Assembly (NCBI GenBank): GCA_964352675.1 | Contig: CAYGSN010000004.1 | Coordinates: 51,844 to 115,843, forward strand | DNA from: an uncultured Pseudobdellovibrionaceae bacterium | GTDB lineage: Bacteria > Pseudomonadota > Alphaproteobacteria > Micavibrionales > Micavibrionaceae | Length of the DNA stretch: 64,000 nt | Direction: 5' to 3' | Shown: positions 18,082 to 29,460 of the stretch, in pieces | How the letters are laid out: the number at the start of each line of letters is the position of its first letter | Position numbering within the stretch: position 1 is the first letter of the stretch | Program-made: the position numbers and the translations under genes | Notes under the pieces: model-generated | Told to the model about the DNA's origin: nothing | The model's database searches: none | The model's input: the letters and a program-made list of their open reading frames with translations, nothing else

Positions 18082-19668
18082 TCACTCCCACTCAATCGTC
18101 CCTGGTGGCTTAGAAGTCACGTCATAGACCACGCGGTTGATGCCGTGCACCTCGTTAATAATGCGCGTGGAGACACGCCCCAAAAACTGGTGATCGAAGG
18201 GGTAGTAATCCGCCGTCATGCCATCGGTGGATGTCACCGCCCTTAACGCGCAAACATATTCATAGGTCCGCCCGTCGCCCATCACACCGACCGTACGCAC
18301 GGGCAGGAGGACGGCAAAGGCCTGCCAGATTGCATCATACAGCCCGGCATTTTTAATTTCCTCCAGATAGACCACATCGGCCTTGCGCAGGATATCCAGT
18401 TTCTCCGCCGTGATCTCGCCCGGAATGCGGATCGCAAGGCCCGGCCCGGGGAAGGGATGACGCCTGATGAAATCTTCATTCATGCCGAGCTCACGGCCCA
18501 GCGCGCGCACCTCGTCTTTGAACAATTCACGCAAGGGCTCGACCAGTTTCAAATCCATATGCTCAGGCAACCCGCCGACATTGTGATGGCTCTTGATCGT
18601 CACGCTCGGCCCACCGGTGAAGCTCACGCTTTCAATCACATCCGGATAGAGTGTGCCCTGCGCCAGAAATTCGGCATCGCCCACGCGCTTGGCGCAATTG
18701 TCGAACACATCAATGAAAAGGGAGCCGATCAGCTTGCGCTTCATTTCCGGGTCGCTGATCCCCTCCAGACCGCTCAGGAATTTTTCGGATGCGTCCTCAT
18801 GGATCAGCGGAATGTTATAATGATCGCGGAACAACTCCACCACCTGCAGGCTTTCATTCATGCGCATCATACCGGTATCAACATAGATGCAGGTGAGCTG
18901 ATCGCCGATCGCCTCATGCAGAAGAATGGCCGTCACCGAGCTATCCACCCCGCCGGACAAGCCGCAAATCACCTTGCCCTTACCCACTTGTTTGCGGATT
19001 TTCTCAATCGCCTCTTCCTTGAACGCCGCCATTGTCCAATCGCCGGAACAGCCGCACACATTATGCGTGAAATTCTTTATAAGCTGGGAACCGTGGGGCG
19101 TGTGCACCACTTCCGGGTGAAACTGCGTACCGTAAAACCGCCGGTCAATATCGGCGATAAAGGCAAACGGCGCCCCAGGCGATTTGCCCAGAACCGTAAA
19201 GCCGTCCGGCAAATCGGCGACGTGATCGCCGTGGCTCATCCAGACCTGCTCATGTGCGCCTTTTTCCCAGACACCCTTCAGCACTTTGGAATCTTCCACG
19301 ATATCAACATAGGCGCGGCCGAATTCACGGCTTTGCTCCGCCTCAACGCGGCCGCCCAGCTGCTGAACCATGGTTTGCTGGCCATAGCAAATACCGAAAA
19401 CCGGTACACCCATATCAAACACAATATCCGGGGCGCGCGGCGAATCCTCATCCAGCACGCTGCACGGCCCGCCGGACAGGATAATCCCCTTCGGGTTATA
19501 GGCCTTGATCCGCTCATCCGGCGCATCGTTAAACGGCCAAATCTCACAATATACACCGCTTTCGCGCACACGCCGCGCAATCAGCTGCGTGACCTGGCTA
19601 CCGAAATCCAAAATCAGGATCCGATCGTGATTTTCAAGGGAAATAATATTTTCAGCTGTATTTGTCAT
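18082..19668 (-). CDS. guaA: GMP synthase (glutamine-hydrolysing)
   Basis: 528 aa. GATase motif ICYGQQ, PP-loop [10 protein letters not shown] and the conserved C-terminus KPPGTIEWE. Confidence 0.97.
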   Translation of the reverse strand: MTNTAENIISLENHDRILILDFGSQVTQLIARRVRESGVYCEIWPFNDAPDERIKAYNPKGIILSGGPCSVLDEDSPRAPDIVFDMGVPVFGICYGQQTMVQQLGGRVEAEQSREFGRAYVDIVEDSKVLKGVWEKGAHEQVWMSHGDHVADLPDGFTVLGKSPGAPFAFIADIDRRFYGTQFHPEVVHTPHGSQLIKNFTHNVCGCSGDWTMAAFKEEAIEKIRKQVGKGKVICGLSGGVDSSVTAILLHEAIGDQLTCIYVDTGMMRMNESLQVVELFRDHYNIPLIHEDASEKFLSGLEGISDPEMKRKLIGSLFIDVFDNCAKRVGDAEFLAQGTLYPDVIESVSFTGGPSVTIKSHHNVGGLPEHMDLKLVEPLRELFKDEVRALGRELGMNEDFIRRHPFPGPGLAIRIPGEITAEKLDILRKADVVYLEEIKNAGLYDAIWQAFAVLLPVRTVGVMGDGRTYEYVCALRAVTSTDGMTADYYPFDHQFLGRVSTRIINEVHGINRVVYDVTSKPPGTIEWE

Positions 19669-19798
19669 GCGCCAGTTTTAAACACGAAATTTGCAGCGCG
19701 CAATATGTGATTAAAAATTTCTTGCATTATGACCAAAAAGCTCTTAAAACCCTAAAGACATAATTTCAAACATCCGCACAAAACAAGAGAGTAAAACA

Positions 19799-21229
19799 AT
19801 GAGCACACCCACAACCCCCGGTACAAGCCCCGTATCAGTTCATGTTGAGCCGTCTGCAACACTTGCCATCAAATCCAAGATGGCCGCGCTGAAGAAAGCG
19901 GGTGTCGATACGATCGGACTGGGCGCGGGCGAGCTAAAGTTCAGCCTGGCCGCGCATATCCGAAAATCTTTCAGATTTCTGGCCAAAAAAATGGCTCTTG
20001 GCTACACCGCGGCACCGGGCCTGGAAGAACTTCGCCATGCCGTAGCCTTTAAAAACAAAATGGATTACGGGATTGACCATGACCCTAATTCAGAGATCAT
20101 GATCACCAACGGTGGAAAGGGAGCCCTGCTGGCGCTTTTGCTAACCACATTTGCCGGCAAGAACATCTCGGAAACATTCGACGGCAGAGACGAAGCGCTT
20201 TATGTCGGCCCTTACTGGCTGTCCCATAAACCTCTGTGTGACGTGTCGCAAGCCGTTATGAAGGTCGTGGATTGCCCCGCCAGCCAGGATTATAAAATCA
20301 CACCGGAACAACTGCGCGCCGCAATCACGGACAAAACGAAATATGTTGTTTTGACATCGCCCCACAACCCTGGCGGCACGTCTTACACAGAAGAAGAATG
20401 GGAAGCCCTTGCCGAAGTCTTGCGTGAATTTCCGGGCGTCTACGTTGTAACCGAAGACATGTATGAACACTATGTTTATGATGGCCAGAAGCGCTCTCAC
20501 CTTCTGAATGTAGCGCCAGATCTGAAAGACCGTGTCATCTCTATCAACTGTTTCTCAAAATCAGATGAAATGGCCGGGGAACGCGTCGGTATCATGACCG
20601 GACCCAAAAAGATTATCGGCCCGGTAAAGGCTCTTAACTCCAACATCGCCGGAAATGCGCCGGTGATCGGACAATATCTGGGCATCTCGGCCATTCTGGG
20701 TTACAGGCAGCTGAAAAAAGCTTTCAAAGACCCGGAGGCATTTAAGGAACAATTTACTGATCAGAACAAGAGACAAAAACTGGTCAATGCTTTCCAACGA
20801 ATCAGCGCAATTCGCGATAAAAAGATACCTGTTCTGGAAGGGTGGCGCGATAGAGTTCTTCATGAGCTCGAAGGAACAAGATTGCTAACTCCGAGGCCTG
20901 GGGGGTCCTTTTATGCCTTTCCTTCGGTTGAACAACTTAAAGGCCTGCGCTTTCCTGAAGACTTAAAACTGGCTGACGGGCTTACAGAAGAAAAACTCGA
21001 AAAACTCGGATTGAAATCATGGGCCGGCCGTGAAATCACCTGCGCCGCAGATTTTGCCGAAGCAGCGATGGTGCATGCCGGGGTGGGCATTGTACCGGGC
21101 GAAGACTTTGAGGCACCGGATTCCTTCCGGATTGCCTATGTTGAAGAAAGAGCGGTTGAAGCCGCACAGCGCCTGGCTGATCTGGCAAACATACTTGAAC
21201 AACCTCAACCAACAGGAATGGCCGCCTAA
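19799..21229 (+). CDS. class I/II pyridoxal-phosphate-dependent aminotransferase (long form)
   Basis: TSPHNPGGT, FSKSDEMAGERVG (PLP Lys) and FRIAY motifs. At 476 aa it is longer than typical AspAT-like enzymes, because of insertions after the PLP-lysine region. Confidence 0.7.
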   Translation: MSTPTTPGTSPVSVHVEPSATLAIKSKMAALKKAGVDTIGLGAGELKFSLAAHIRKSFRFLAKKMALGYTAAPGLEELRHAVAFKNKMDYGIDHDPNSEIMITNGGKGALLALLLTTFAGKNISETFDGRDEALYVGPYWLSHKPLCDVSQAVMKVVDCPASQDYKITPEQLRAAITDKTKYVVLTSPHNPGGTSYTEEEWEALAEVLREFPGVYVVTEDMYEHYVYDGQKRSHLLNVAPDLKDRVISINCFSKSDEMAGERVGIMTGPKKIIGPVKALNSNIAGNAPVIGQYLGISAILGYRQLKKAFKDPEAFKEQFTDQNKRQKLVNAFQRISAIRDKKIPVLEGWRDRVLHELEGTRLLTPRPGGSFYAFPSVEQLKGLRFPEDLKLADGLTEEKLEKLGLKSWAGREITCAADFAEAAMVHAGVGIVPGEDFEAPDSFRIAYVEERAVEAAQRLADLANILEQPQPTGMAA

Positions 21230-21292
21230 ATCTTTGGATAGAATTTATTTGCCGGGTTTTCGCCGCATGCAAAATGCGGTAAAGCTTTAGAA

Positions 21293-22153
21293 ATGAGCAA
21301 ACCAACGATTTCCTTCGAATTTTTTCCGCCCAAAAACGAGGCGATGGAAAAACAGCTCTGGGACGCTATGCCGGAACTGGCAGCCCTCGGCCCGAAATAC
21401 ATGACTGTGACCTATGGCGCGGCAGGATCAACCAAGGACGGCACGCTGGAAACGCTGCGCCGGGCAATTGGCGAAAATCCGGGCATTTCTTTTGCCTCAC
21501 ACCTCACGTTCCTGTCCACACCAAAAGACCAGCTGGATGAGTATATTGACGCTCTCTGGAATATAGGCGTGAAAGCAATTGTCGCCCTGCGCGGGGATTT
21601 GCCAAAGGGAAGCAGCTTTGATGATTTTCAGGGAGATGAGTATTACAAATGGACCTCCGAATTTGTTGAAGTGCTGAAAGATAAATACCCGTTTGAGATT
21701 ATCGTCGGCGCCTATCCCGAGAAGCATCCCGATGCACCCTCTCTGGATTCAGATATTGAGGCGCTGCGCAAAAAATGCGCCGCCGGGGCCGACCGTGCCA
21801 CAACACAATTTTTCTTTGATAATGATTGCTATTACCGCTTTGTTGAAAAATGCGAAGCGGCAGGAATTACAACGCCAATCAATCCAGGTCTGGTCCCAAT
21901 CTATGATTTTAAATCCTTGTGCAATTTTGCAGAAAGATGCCAGGCGGGCGTTCCGAATTGGGTTCATGCCAAATTTGAAGGGCTGGAGGACAGGCCGGAT
22001 GAGGCAATGAAAGTTGCCACAGACATGCTGGTAGAACAGGTTCTGGATTTACAATCGCATGGCATCCCTCACATCCATTTCTACTGCATGAACAAAGCCC
22101 CAATCACCCGCGCGGCCTGCGAAGCCCTCGGGTATATTACGAAAGCGGCTTGA
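21293..22153 (+). CDS. metF: 5,10-methylenetetrahydrofolate reductase
   Basis: ISFEFFPPK, MTVTYGAAGST, ALRGD and TQFFFD blocks typical of MetF. Confidence 0.92.
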   Translation: MSKPTISFEFFPPKNEAMEKQLWDAMPELAALGPKYMTVTYGAAGSTKDGTLETLRRAIGENPGISFASHLTFLSTPKDQLDEYIDALWNIGVKAIVALRGDLPKGSSFDDFQGDEYYKWTSEFVEVLKDKYPFEIIVGAYPEKHPDAPSLDSDIEALRKKCAAGADRATTQFFFDNDCYYRFVEKCEAAGITTPINPGLVPIYDFKSLCNFAERCQAGVPNWVHAKFEGLEDRPDEAMKVATDMLVEQVLDLQSHGIPHIHFYCMNKAPITRAACEALGYITKAA

Positions 22154-22218
22154 TTCCCAAAAAAAAGAACTCTAACCTCAAATACGCAATTTCATTTTTA
22201 ATTTAGGAGAAAAATCTG

Positions 22219-24555
22219 ATGGTCCTGGCAACTAATCTCGGCTTCCCCCGTATCGGCCCCATGCGCGAATTGAAGAAGGCTGTTGAAGCCTATTGGAAAG
22301 GCAACTCCTCGCAGGAAGACCTGCTGGCGGGAGGCAAGAGGCTGCGCGCCCAGAACTGGAAGCTGCAACAAGATGCAGGGCTGGATCACATCCCATCGAA
22401 TGATTTCTCTTTCTATGATCAGGTTCTGGATATGATCTGCACCCTGGGCGCCGTGCCCTCCCGTTATAATTTCTCCGGCGGGAATGTGGATCTGGACACA
22501 TATTTCGCAATGGCCCGCGGGGCACAACGCGATGGTATTGATGTCACCGCCATGGAAATGACCAAATGGTATGACACGAATTACCACTATATCGTGCCGG
22601 AATTTGAAGAAGGGATGGAGTTCAAACTTTCTTCCACGAAAATTTTTGATCAATTTGAAGAAGCCAAGGCACTTGGCATCACAACACGCCCGGTTTTAAT
22701 TGGCCCGGCAACGTTCGTCTTTCTGGGTAAATCCCGCTATGACGGTTTCAAGCATGAAAATGTGCTGAAAGCCTACCTGCCTGTCTATAATGAAATTCTA
22801 GCCAGACTCGCCGAAGCCGGTGCGGAATGGGTGCAAATTGATGAGCCTGTCTTTGCTCTAGACCTCTGCTCGATCGGACAAGGTGTTGTGAAAGCCGCCT
22901 ACGAAGGTCTGCAAAAACCCGATGATCTCAACATTCTTGTCGCCACTTATTTCGAAGGGTTGCGTGATAATGCGGATCTGGCCTTTGGTCTTCCGGTGGA
23001 TGGCCTGCATATTGATCTGTGCCGCGGGCCGGGTCAGGCCAACACCTCCGCTAATAAAGCGCAGGATCAGCTTGATCAAGCCTTGAGCAAAATTGGTGAT
23101 AAAACACTCTCCCTTGGCGTGGTTGATGGCCGGAATATCTGGAAAAATGACCTCTCTAAATCGCTTGGCTTTGTTGAAAAGGCCGCCGAAAAACTCGGCG
23201 GCGATAAAGTATTCGTAGCCGGCAGCTGTTCCCTGCTGCATACACCGGTGGATCTGAACAGCGAAACCGATATGGATGCGGAAATCAAAAACTGGATGGC
23301 CTATGCCACGCAAAAGCTTCATGAAATTGCGCTCATCGCCAAAGGCGCAAATGAAGGACGTGATGCAATTTCTGCTGAACTTTCTGCCAGCGATGCCGTG
23401 CAGCAAGAGCGCAAAACATCGACGCGCATCCACAATCAAGCGGTGAAGGACCGCGTTAAGGCGATTACGCCGGAGATGAAGAAACGCAAATCTCCGTTTG
23501 CCCAGCGTCAAAAGGTACAACATGCCGCGCTGGATCTGCCGCTTTACCCGACCACAACAATCGGCTCCTTCCCGCAAACGCCGGATATTCGAAAAGCCCG
23601 CGCGGATTTCAAGGCCGGGAAGATCGATCAGGCCGCCTATAAGCAGGCCATGAAAAATGAAATCAAAACCGTTGTTGATTATCAACATGATGCGGATATT
23701 GATGTGCTGGTTCACGGGGAGCCGGAGCGCAACGACATGGTCGAATATTTCGGTGAGCAGCTTGAGGGCTATAGCTTCTCTAAATTCGGCTGGGTGCAAT
23801 CTTATGGCTCACGCTGCGTAAAGCCGCCAATCATTTTTGGTGACGTGTCACGCCCGAACCCGATGACCGTTGAGTGGTCGAAATTTGCTCAAGAGCAAAC
23901 CGACAAGATCATGAAAGGCATGCTGACCGGGCCTATCACGATCCTGCAATGGTCGTTCGTCCGTGATGATCAACCGCGCAGCGAAACTGCCACGCAAATC
24001 GGTCTGGCCATTCGTGATGAGGTTGCCGATCTGGAAGCGGCAGGGATCAAGATGATCCAGATTGACGAAGCGGCCTTCCGCGAAGGTCTGCCGCTGCGCA
24101 AGGCGGACTGGAAAGCCTATCTCGATAACGCGGTTGAGAATTTCCGCCTGACATCGTGCTGCGTGGAGGACACCACGCAAATCCACACTCATATGTGCTA
24201 TTCCGAATTCAATGATGTTATTGATTCGATTGGCGGCATGGATGCGGATGTGATTTCGATTGAATGTTCGCGCTCGCAGATGGAATTGCTCGATGCTTTC
24301 GTGGAATATAAATACCCCAATGAAATTGGCCCCGGCGTGTATGACATTCATTCCCCGCGCGTTCCAACGACGCAGGAAATGGTTGACCTGTTGGACAAAG
24401 CCAAAAAAGTTCTCGATGAGCGTCAGATTTGGGTAAACCCGGATTGCGGCCTGAAGACCAGAGGCTGGGCTGAAGTAAAGCCTGCGCTGGAAAACATGGT
24501 CGCAGCCGCCAAAGAAATGCGCGCGAAGTCAAAGGCAAACAGCCAGGCGGCTTAA
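22219..24555 (+). CDS. metE: cobalamin-independent methionine synthase
   Basis: 778 aa. NLGFPRIG N-terminus. C-terminal zinc-site blocks HTHMCYSEF and WVNPDCGLKTR. AGGAGA Shine-Dalgarno sequence. Confidence 0.97.
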   Translation: MVLATNLGFPRIGPMRELKKAVEAYWKGNSSQEDLLAGGKRLRAQNWKLQQDAGLDHIPSNDFSFYDQVLDMICTLGAVPSRYNFSGGNVDLDTYFAMARGAQRDGIDVTAMEMTKWYDTNYHYIVPEFEEGMEFKLSSTKIFDQFEEAKALGITTRPVLIGPATFVFLGKSRYDGFKHENVLKAYLPVYNEILARLAEAGAEWVQIDEPVFALDLCSIGQGVVKAAYEGLQKPDDLNILVATYFEGLRDNADLAFGLPVDGLHIDLCRGPGQANTSANKAQDQLDQALSKIGDKTLSLGVVDGRNIWKNDLSKSLGFVEKAAEKLGGDKVFVAGSCSLLHTPVDLNSETDMDAEIKNWMAYATQKLHEIALIAKGANEGRDAISAELSASDAVQQERKTSTRIHNQAVKDRVKAITPEMKKRKSPFAQRQKVQHAALDLPLYPTTTIGSFPQTPDIRKARADFKAGKIDQAAYKQAMKNEIKTVVDYQHDADIDVLVHGEPERNDMVEYFGEQLEGYSFSKFGWVQSYGSRCVKPPIIFGDVSRPNPMTVEWSKFAQEQTDKIMKGMLTGPITILQWSFVRDDQPRSETATQIGLAIRDEVADLEAAGIKMIQIDEAAFREGLPLRKADWKAYLDNAVENFRLTSCCVEDTTQIHTHMCYSEFNDVIDSIGGMDADVISIECSRSQMELLDAFVEYKYPNEIGPGVYDIHSPRVPTTQEMVDLLDKAKKVLDERQIWVNPDCGLKTRGWAEVKPALENMVAAAKEMRAKSKANSQAA

Positions 24556-25196
24556 GCACGGCGCAGGGCGGCGACATCATCGCCGCCTGCCTCTGCCGAT
24601 TGCGGCTGAGCATTCTGCCGTCTTAAATCCAGAATAGAAGCACGGCGTTGCATGAAGTCTTCACGCCCGATGTAACCGGTCACGTCCTCGGCGTTACGCT
24701 GCAAAGCAGCTAGAGTTTCGGATGCGCCCTGCGGCAAAACAATGACACCAGGCGGCACAGCCGTTCCTGCGACATGGATCGCATTGAAGTGCCAATACGC
24801 ATCCCGCGCAATTGAGCACATATCGGTTGGGCGGCGCGAACGGCCGTCATTCGTCAAAATTGCGCTTACCCCTTCATCCATCGCGGCGTCGAATATCTTG
24901 CGGTCCGAAGCCCCCAGCCCCATGGCATATTCCGAAACCACAACACGGCCGAATGTTTGATGCAGCGGCAAGGTCAGCTTTCGGCCCAGACATTCGTCGG
25001 TGTAAATAATGAGATCAGAAGCGGGCGCTCCAAAAACTTCACAAAAGCGGTCAGGCCAGATCGTGGACAGAGCCGCAATCCCGCGATTAACAATCTTTCT
25101 ACCCCATTCCCGCTCGATCACTTCCGGACTTACGCCCCTCTCAAGCCGCTCAATAACGCCATAAACTTGCTTCGGAATTTTTTTGACAGGAAACAT
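24552..25196 (-). CDS. hypothetical protein with possible PIN-like (DUF5615/Mut7-C-like) core
   Basis: IIYTDECLGRKL...GLGASDRKIFDAAMDEGVSAILTNDG resembles the acidic-residue pattern of DUF5615 PIN-like domains. Weak assignment made by eye only. Stop overlaps the metE stop (TTAA). Confidence 0.35.
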   Translation of the reverse strand: MFPVKKIPKQVYGVIERLERGVSPEVIEREWGRKIVNRGIAALSTIWPDRFCEVFGAPASDLIIYTDECLGRKLTLPLHQTFGRVVVSEYAMGLGASDRKIFDAAMDEGVSAILTNDGRSRRPTDMCSIARDAYWHFNAIHVAGTAVPPGVIVLPQGASETLAALQRNAEDVTGYIGREDFMQRRASILDLRRQNAQPQSAEAGGDDVAALRRA

Positions 25197-25259
25197 ATTC
25201 TACTCAGTATTTTTATATTAAAAATTTCTTATAGACGACCCGCTCCGGCCCGTCAATCT

Positions 25260-26543
25260 TTATGGCAATCTTCTTAAAACAGCTGCGAAAAATCCATCCG
25301 TATTGTGACGGTGTGGCGTGAGGCGCATACAGGGTGATCCCAGCCCTAGCGCTTCATCGATGGGCGCGAGCTCAAACCCGTCATGGCGCTTGAGAAACGC
25401 CTCAACTTGATGCTCATTTTCATCGGGCAAGAGAGAGCATGTCGCATAAACCAACGTCCCGCCCGGCTTCACCGTATGTTGGGCCTTATCCATGATCTCG
25501 GCCTGAATGACGGTGAGCTCCTTCAGAGAGGGCCCATAAACGCGCCAGCGCATATCCGGGTTACGCCGCCACGTTCCTGTCCCCGTGCACGGCACATCCA
25601 AAAGCACAACATCAAATTTCCCATGCTGTTTCTTCAGCCATTTCGCATGGCGCGTTTCCGCCAGGCAGCGCACCTCGATAATATCGGCCAGCTGCGCTTT
25701 CTTGTAACGCAAACGGCCCTTCTCAAGGCGCCGCTCATCATTATCCATGGCTACAATCCGGCCCTTACGTTGCATCGCCGCGGCAAGCGCCAGTGTTTTG
25801 CCCCCGGCTCCGGCGCAAAAATCCAGCACCTGCATACCCGGCTGGGCATCACAGACATGCGCAATCAGCTGCGAGCCCTCATCCTGAATTTCGATCCAAC
25901 CCTTACTAAAGGCCTTGGTGCGTGAAATATAGGATTTCTTGAGACAGCGCACACCATAAGGGCTATAAGGTGTTTCGATACTTTCCACGCCATCGGCCTG
26001 CAGAAAGTTTTTAACCTTTTCACGATCCGCCAAAAACGTATTCACCCGCAAATCAAGCGTTGCAGGATTAAGCATAGCGGCCATCTCGGCCTCAAAACCA
26101 CCGCCGAAATAATTGCGCAGCTTTTCTTCATAAAGCGGCGGACATTCGGCGCGAATGGCATCGGGCATCTCGGGATGATTGAGGCCGCCATCAATTTTCT
26201 TTGTGAGGTTTAATTCCGCCGATGAGAGCTTTTCCGGCGCGTATTTCGATCCGTCAAATAAATCAAGCAGGCGTTTTTCATCCGCGCCCTCCCCCAGAAC
26301 ACTCCAGAACAACACCCGATTGCGCGCTGTATTTTCTGCGCCCGCTCGTTCCAGCCACCATCCCAAACGGGCATGGGCGCGCATAGTTTCATAAATGCGC
26401 TCCGCCACATTCGCGCGGTCTTTTGATCCGATATAACGGCGATGGCGCATATAATCCCCCACCACCAAATCCATAGGGACAGAGCTTTCGGAGACTTTCT
26501 CCAATATATCGATTGTGGCTTGAATGCGTGCTGAGGGTTTCAT
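25260..26543 (-). CDS. rsmB: 16S rRNA (cytosine-C5)-methyltransferase RsmB/Sun family
   Basis: SAM motif DFCAGAGGKT. Catalytic DVPCTGTGTWRRNPD and ATCS blocks. ATG at 26543 (MKPSARIQATI) is preferred over the upstream extension. Confidence 0.88.
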   Translation of the reverse strand: MKPSARIQATIDILEKVSESSVPMDLVVGDYMRHRRYIGSKDRANVAERIYETMRAHARLGWWLERAGAENTARNRVLFWSVLGEGADEKRLLDLFDGSKYAPEKLSSAELNLTKKIDGGLNHPEMPDAIRAECPPLYEEKLRNYFGGGFEAEMAAMLNPATLDLRVNTFLADREKVKNFLQADGVESIETPYSPYGVRCLKKSYISRTKAFSKGWIEIQDEGSQLIAHVCDAQPGMQVLDFCAGAGGKTLALAAAMQRKGRIVAMDNDERRLEKGRLRYKKAQLADIIEVRCLAETRHAKWLKKQHGKFDVVLLDVPCTGTGTWRRNPDMRWRVYGPSLKELTVIQAEIMDKAQHTVKPGGTLVYATCSLLPDENEHQVEAFLKRHDGFELAPIDEALGLGSPCMRLTPHRHNTDGFFAAVLRRLP

Positions 26544-26825
26544 GGAGCAACTTCTAAAGGAAAAGGCAGGGGAGAACAACAGCGATTTTCCGAAAACGAT
26601 TGATTTGTGGGCGGGACAACCCAATATCTATGCAGAGCGCATAAAATATGCTTTAATGGAGGAACACATGGAAAGGGGTTCACAAACCATGTCATCACAA
26701 GACTTCTTAAAAATCTGGGCGCGTGAAGCAAGCTCTCAACCGGGCCTTATGCTTGAGGTTCTTGAGTTTTCTGGCTTGAGCACAACACAGACCGGCACGA
26801 CGTAAAACATTTATCGATTCGGCGA

Positions 26826-28340
<1,515 letters not shown>

Positions 28341-28387
28341 TTAATTTGCAGGAGAGTTATAGCGGAATTTGAAGAAATGTAAAGGAA

Positions 28388-28804
28388 TTAATTGTTGCCG
28401 TAAATAAGCGCCCAAGCACCATGCATATCTGCAAAACTTACTTTCTGTTCCCATGGCACTGTTTCTGCGTCTAAAAATTCTATAATCGTTGGATCTTTTG
28501 TAGCATATCTTATTGGAACTTTAGCGCCTTCTTTAATTCGCCAGTAATAAGTTTTGATTATTTGCTGACGTTTTTGATATGGGGTGCCGTTTTGAGCTGT
28601 ATATTGAACATGAACGTAATAAAGCCATCTTGCTCTTCCGGTAGGCCCTCCTTGTGTTTTTTCATACTTTTCTAAAATGGTGGCATATGTTTGCTCTGAA
28701 CTTTCTGCAAGCATTGCTTCTTGGCTTTTTAGATCACTTTGGCGGAGAAGTATTAGCACTCCAACAACGATCAGTGCTACAGCAATTAATATATTGCGAA
28801 ACAT
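28388..28804 (-). CDS. DUF3592-like single-pass membrane protein
   Basis: N-terminal TM helix, then a beta-rich domain with the pattern YYVHVQYTAQNGTPY...GAKVPIRYATKDP. TAATG coupling to rlmE. AT-rich. Confidence 0.5.
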   Translation of the reverse strand: MFRNILIAVALIVVGVLILLRQSDLKSQEAMLAESSEQTYATILEKYEKTQGGPTGRARWLYYVHVQYTAQNGTPYQKRQQIIKTYYWRIKEGAKVPIRYATKDPTIIEFLDAETVPWEQKVSFADMHGAWALIYGNN

Positions 28805-29454
28805 TATTTTCTAAAACCCGTCGCGACCAGATACTGCTCCGAGCTTTCCTTGCGGCTGGCCGGGGGTTTGATATGTTTGACGGATTTAAAGCTTTTCTTC
28901 ATCTCCGCCAGCAGCGTATTTTGCGCCCCACCCTGAAACACTTTGGCCACGAACACACCGTCCTGCTTAAGCACTTCACAGGCGAAATAATACGCCGCCT
29001 CCACCACCGCCATGATGCGCAGATGGTCGGTGGCTTTGTGCCCAGTGGTGTTGGGCGCCATGTCGGAGAGCACGATATCCGCCGGACCGCCCAACATTTT
29101 TTTAAGAGTTTCCGGCGCTTCATTATCCATGAAATCCATCTGGATAAAATCAACATCCGGCAACTCGTCCTGCTCTAGCAGGTCCAGCGCAACAATCGTG
29201 CACCCTCCCTTTTCCGCCACCACCTGGCACCAGCCGCCGGGCGCACTGCCCAGATCAACCACCTTCATGCCGGGCTTGAGCAAATCCAGCCTCTCATCAA
29301 TCTCCTTCAGCTTGAATGCCGCACGTCCGCGATAGCCCTGCTTCTTCGCCTCCTCAACATAGATGTCATTAATCTGCCTCTTCAGCCACCGCGTGGATGA
29401 ATTTTTCCGCCCTTTGGCAGTTTTGACTTTCGATTTGGGTTTGTTTCTGGACAT
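28804..29454 (-). CDS. rlmE: 23S rRNA (uridine2552-2'-O)-methyltransferase RlmE/FtsJ
   Basis: WLKRQINDIYV, RGRAAFKL, VVDLGSAPGGW, SDMAPN and KVFQG blocks. Confidence 0.93.
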   Translation of the reverse strand: MSRNKPKSKVKTAKGRKNSSTRWLKRQINDIYVEEAKKQGYRGRAAFKLKEIDERLDLLKPGMKVVDLGSAPGGWCQVVAEKGGCTIVALDLLEQDELPDVDFIQMDFMDNEAPETLKKMLGGPADIVLSDMAPNTTGHKATDHLRIMAVVEAAYYFACEVLKQDGVFVAKVFQGGAQNTLLAEMKKSFKSVKHIKPPASRKESSEQYLVATGFRK

Positions 29455-29460
29455 TGCGCT

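Noticed and set aside
18457-19710. 417-aa forward-strand ORF
   Set aside because: It lies entirely antisense to guaA, whose identity is unambiguous. It has an Arg/His/Leu-rich, low-complexity composition, typical of a shadow ORF on the opposite strand of a GC-rich gene.
21230-21292. Possible SAM-II/SAM-V-type riboswitch upstream of metF (hairpin CCGCAT-gcaaa-ATGCGG followed by AAAGCU next to the start codon)
   Set aside because: The AAAGCU near the ribosome-binding site is reminiscent of SAM-II. However, I cannot find the complementary GCUUU-containing loop needed for the H-type pseudoknot. The hairpin loop is only 5 nt. An Infernal scan with RF00521 and RF01826 would settle it.
22154-22218. 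Looked for a cobalamin riboswitch in front of metE
   Set aside because: The metF-metE spacer is only 65 nt and lacks a B12-box, so it is too short for the ~200-nt aptamer.
22858-23799. 313-aa reverse-strand ORF inside metE (and a 167-aa ORF at 23848-24351)
   Set aside because: Antisense shadow ORFs of metE with no motifs and a skewed composition.
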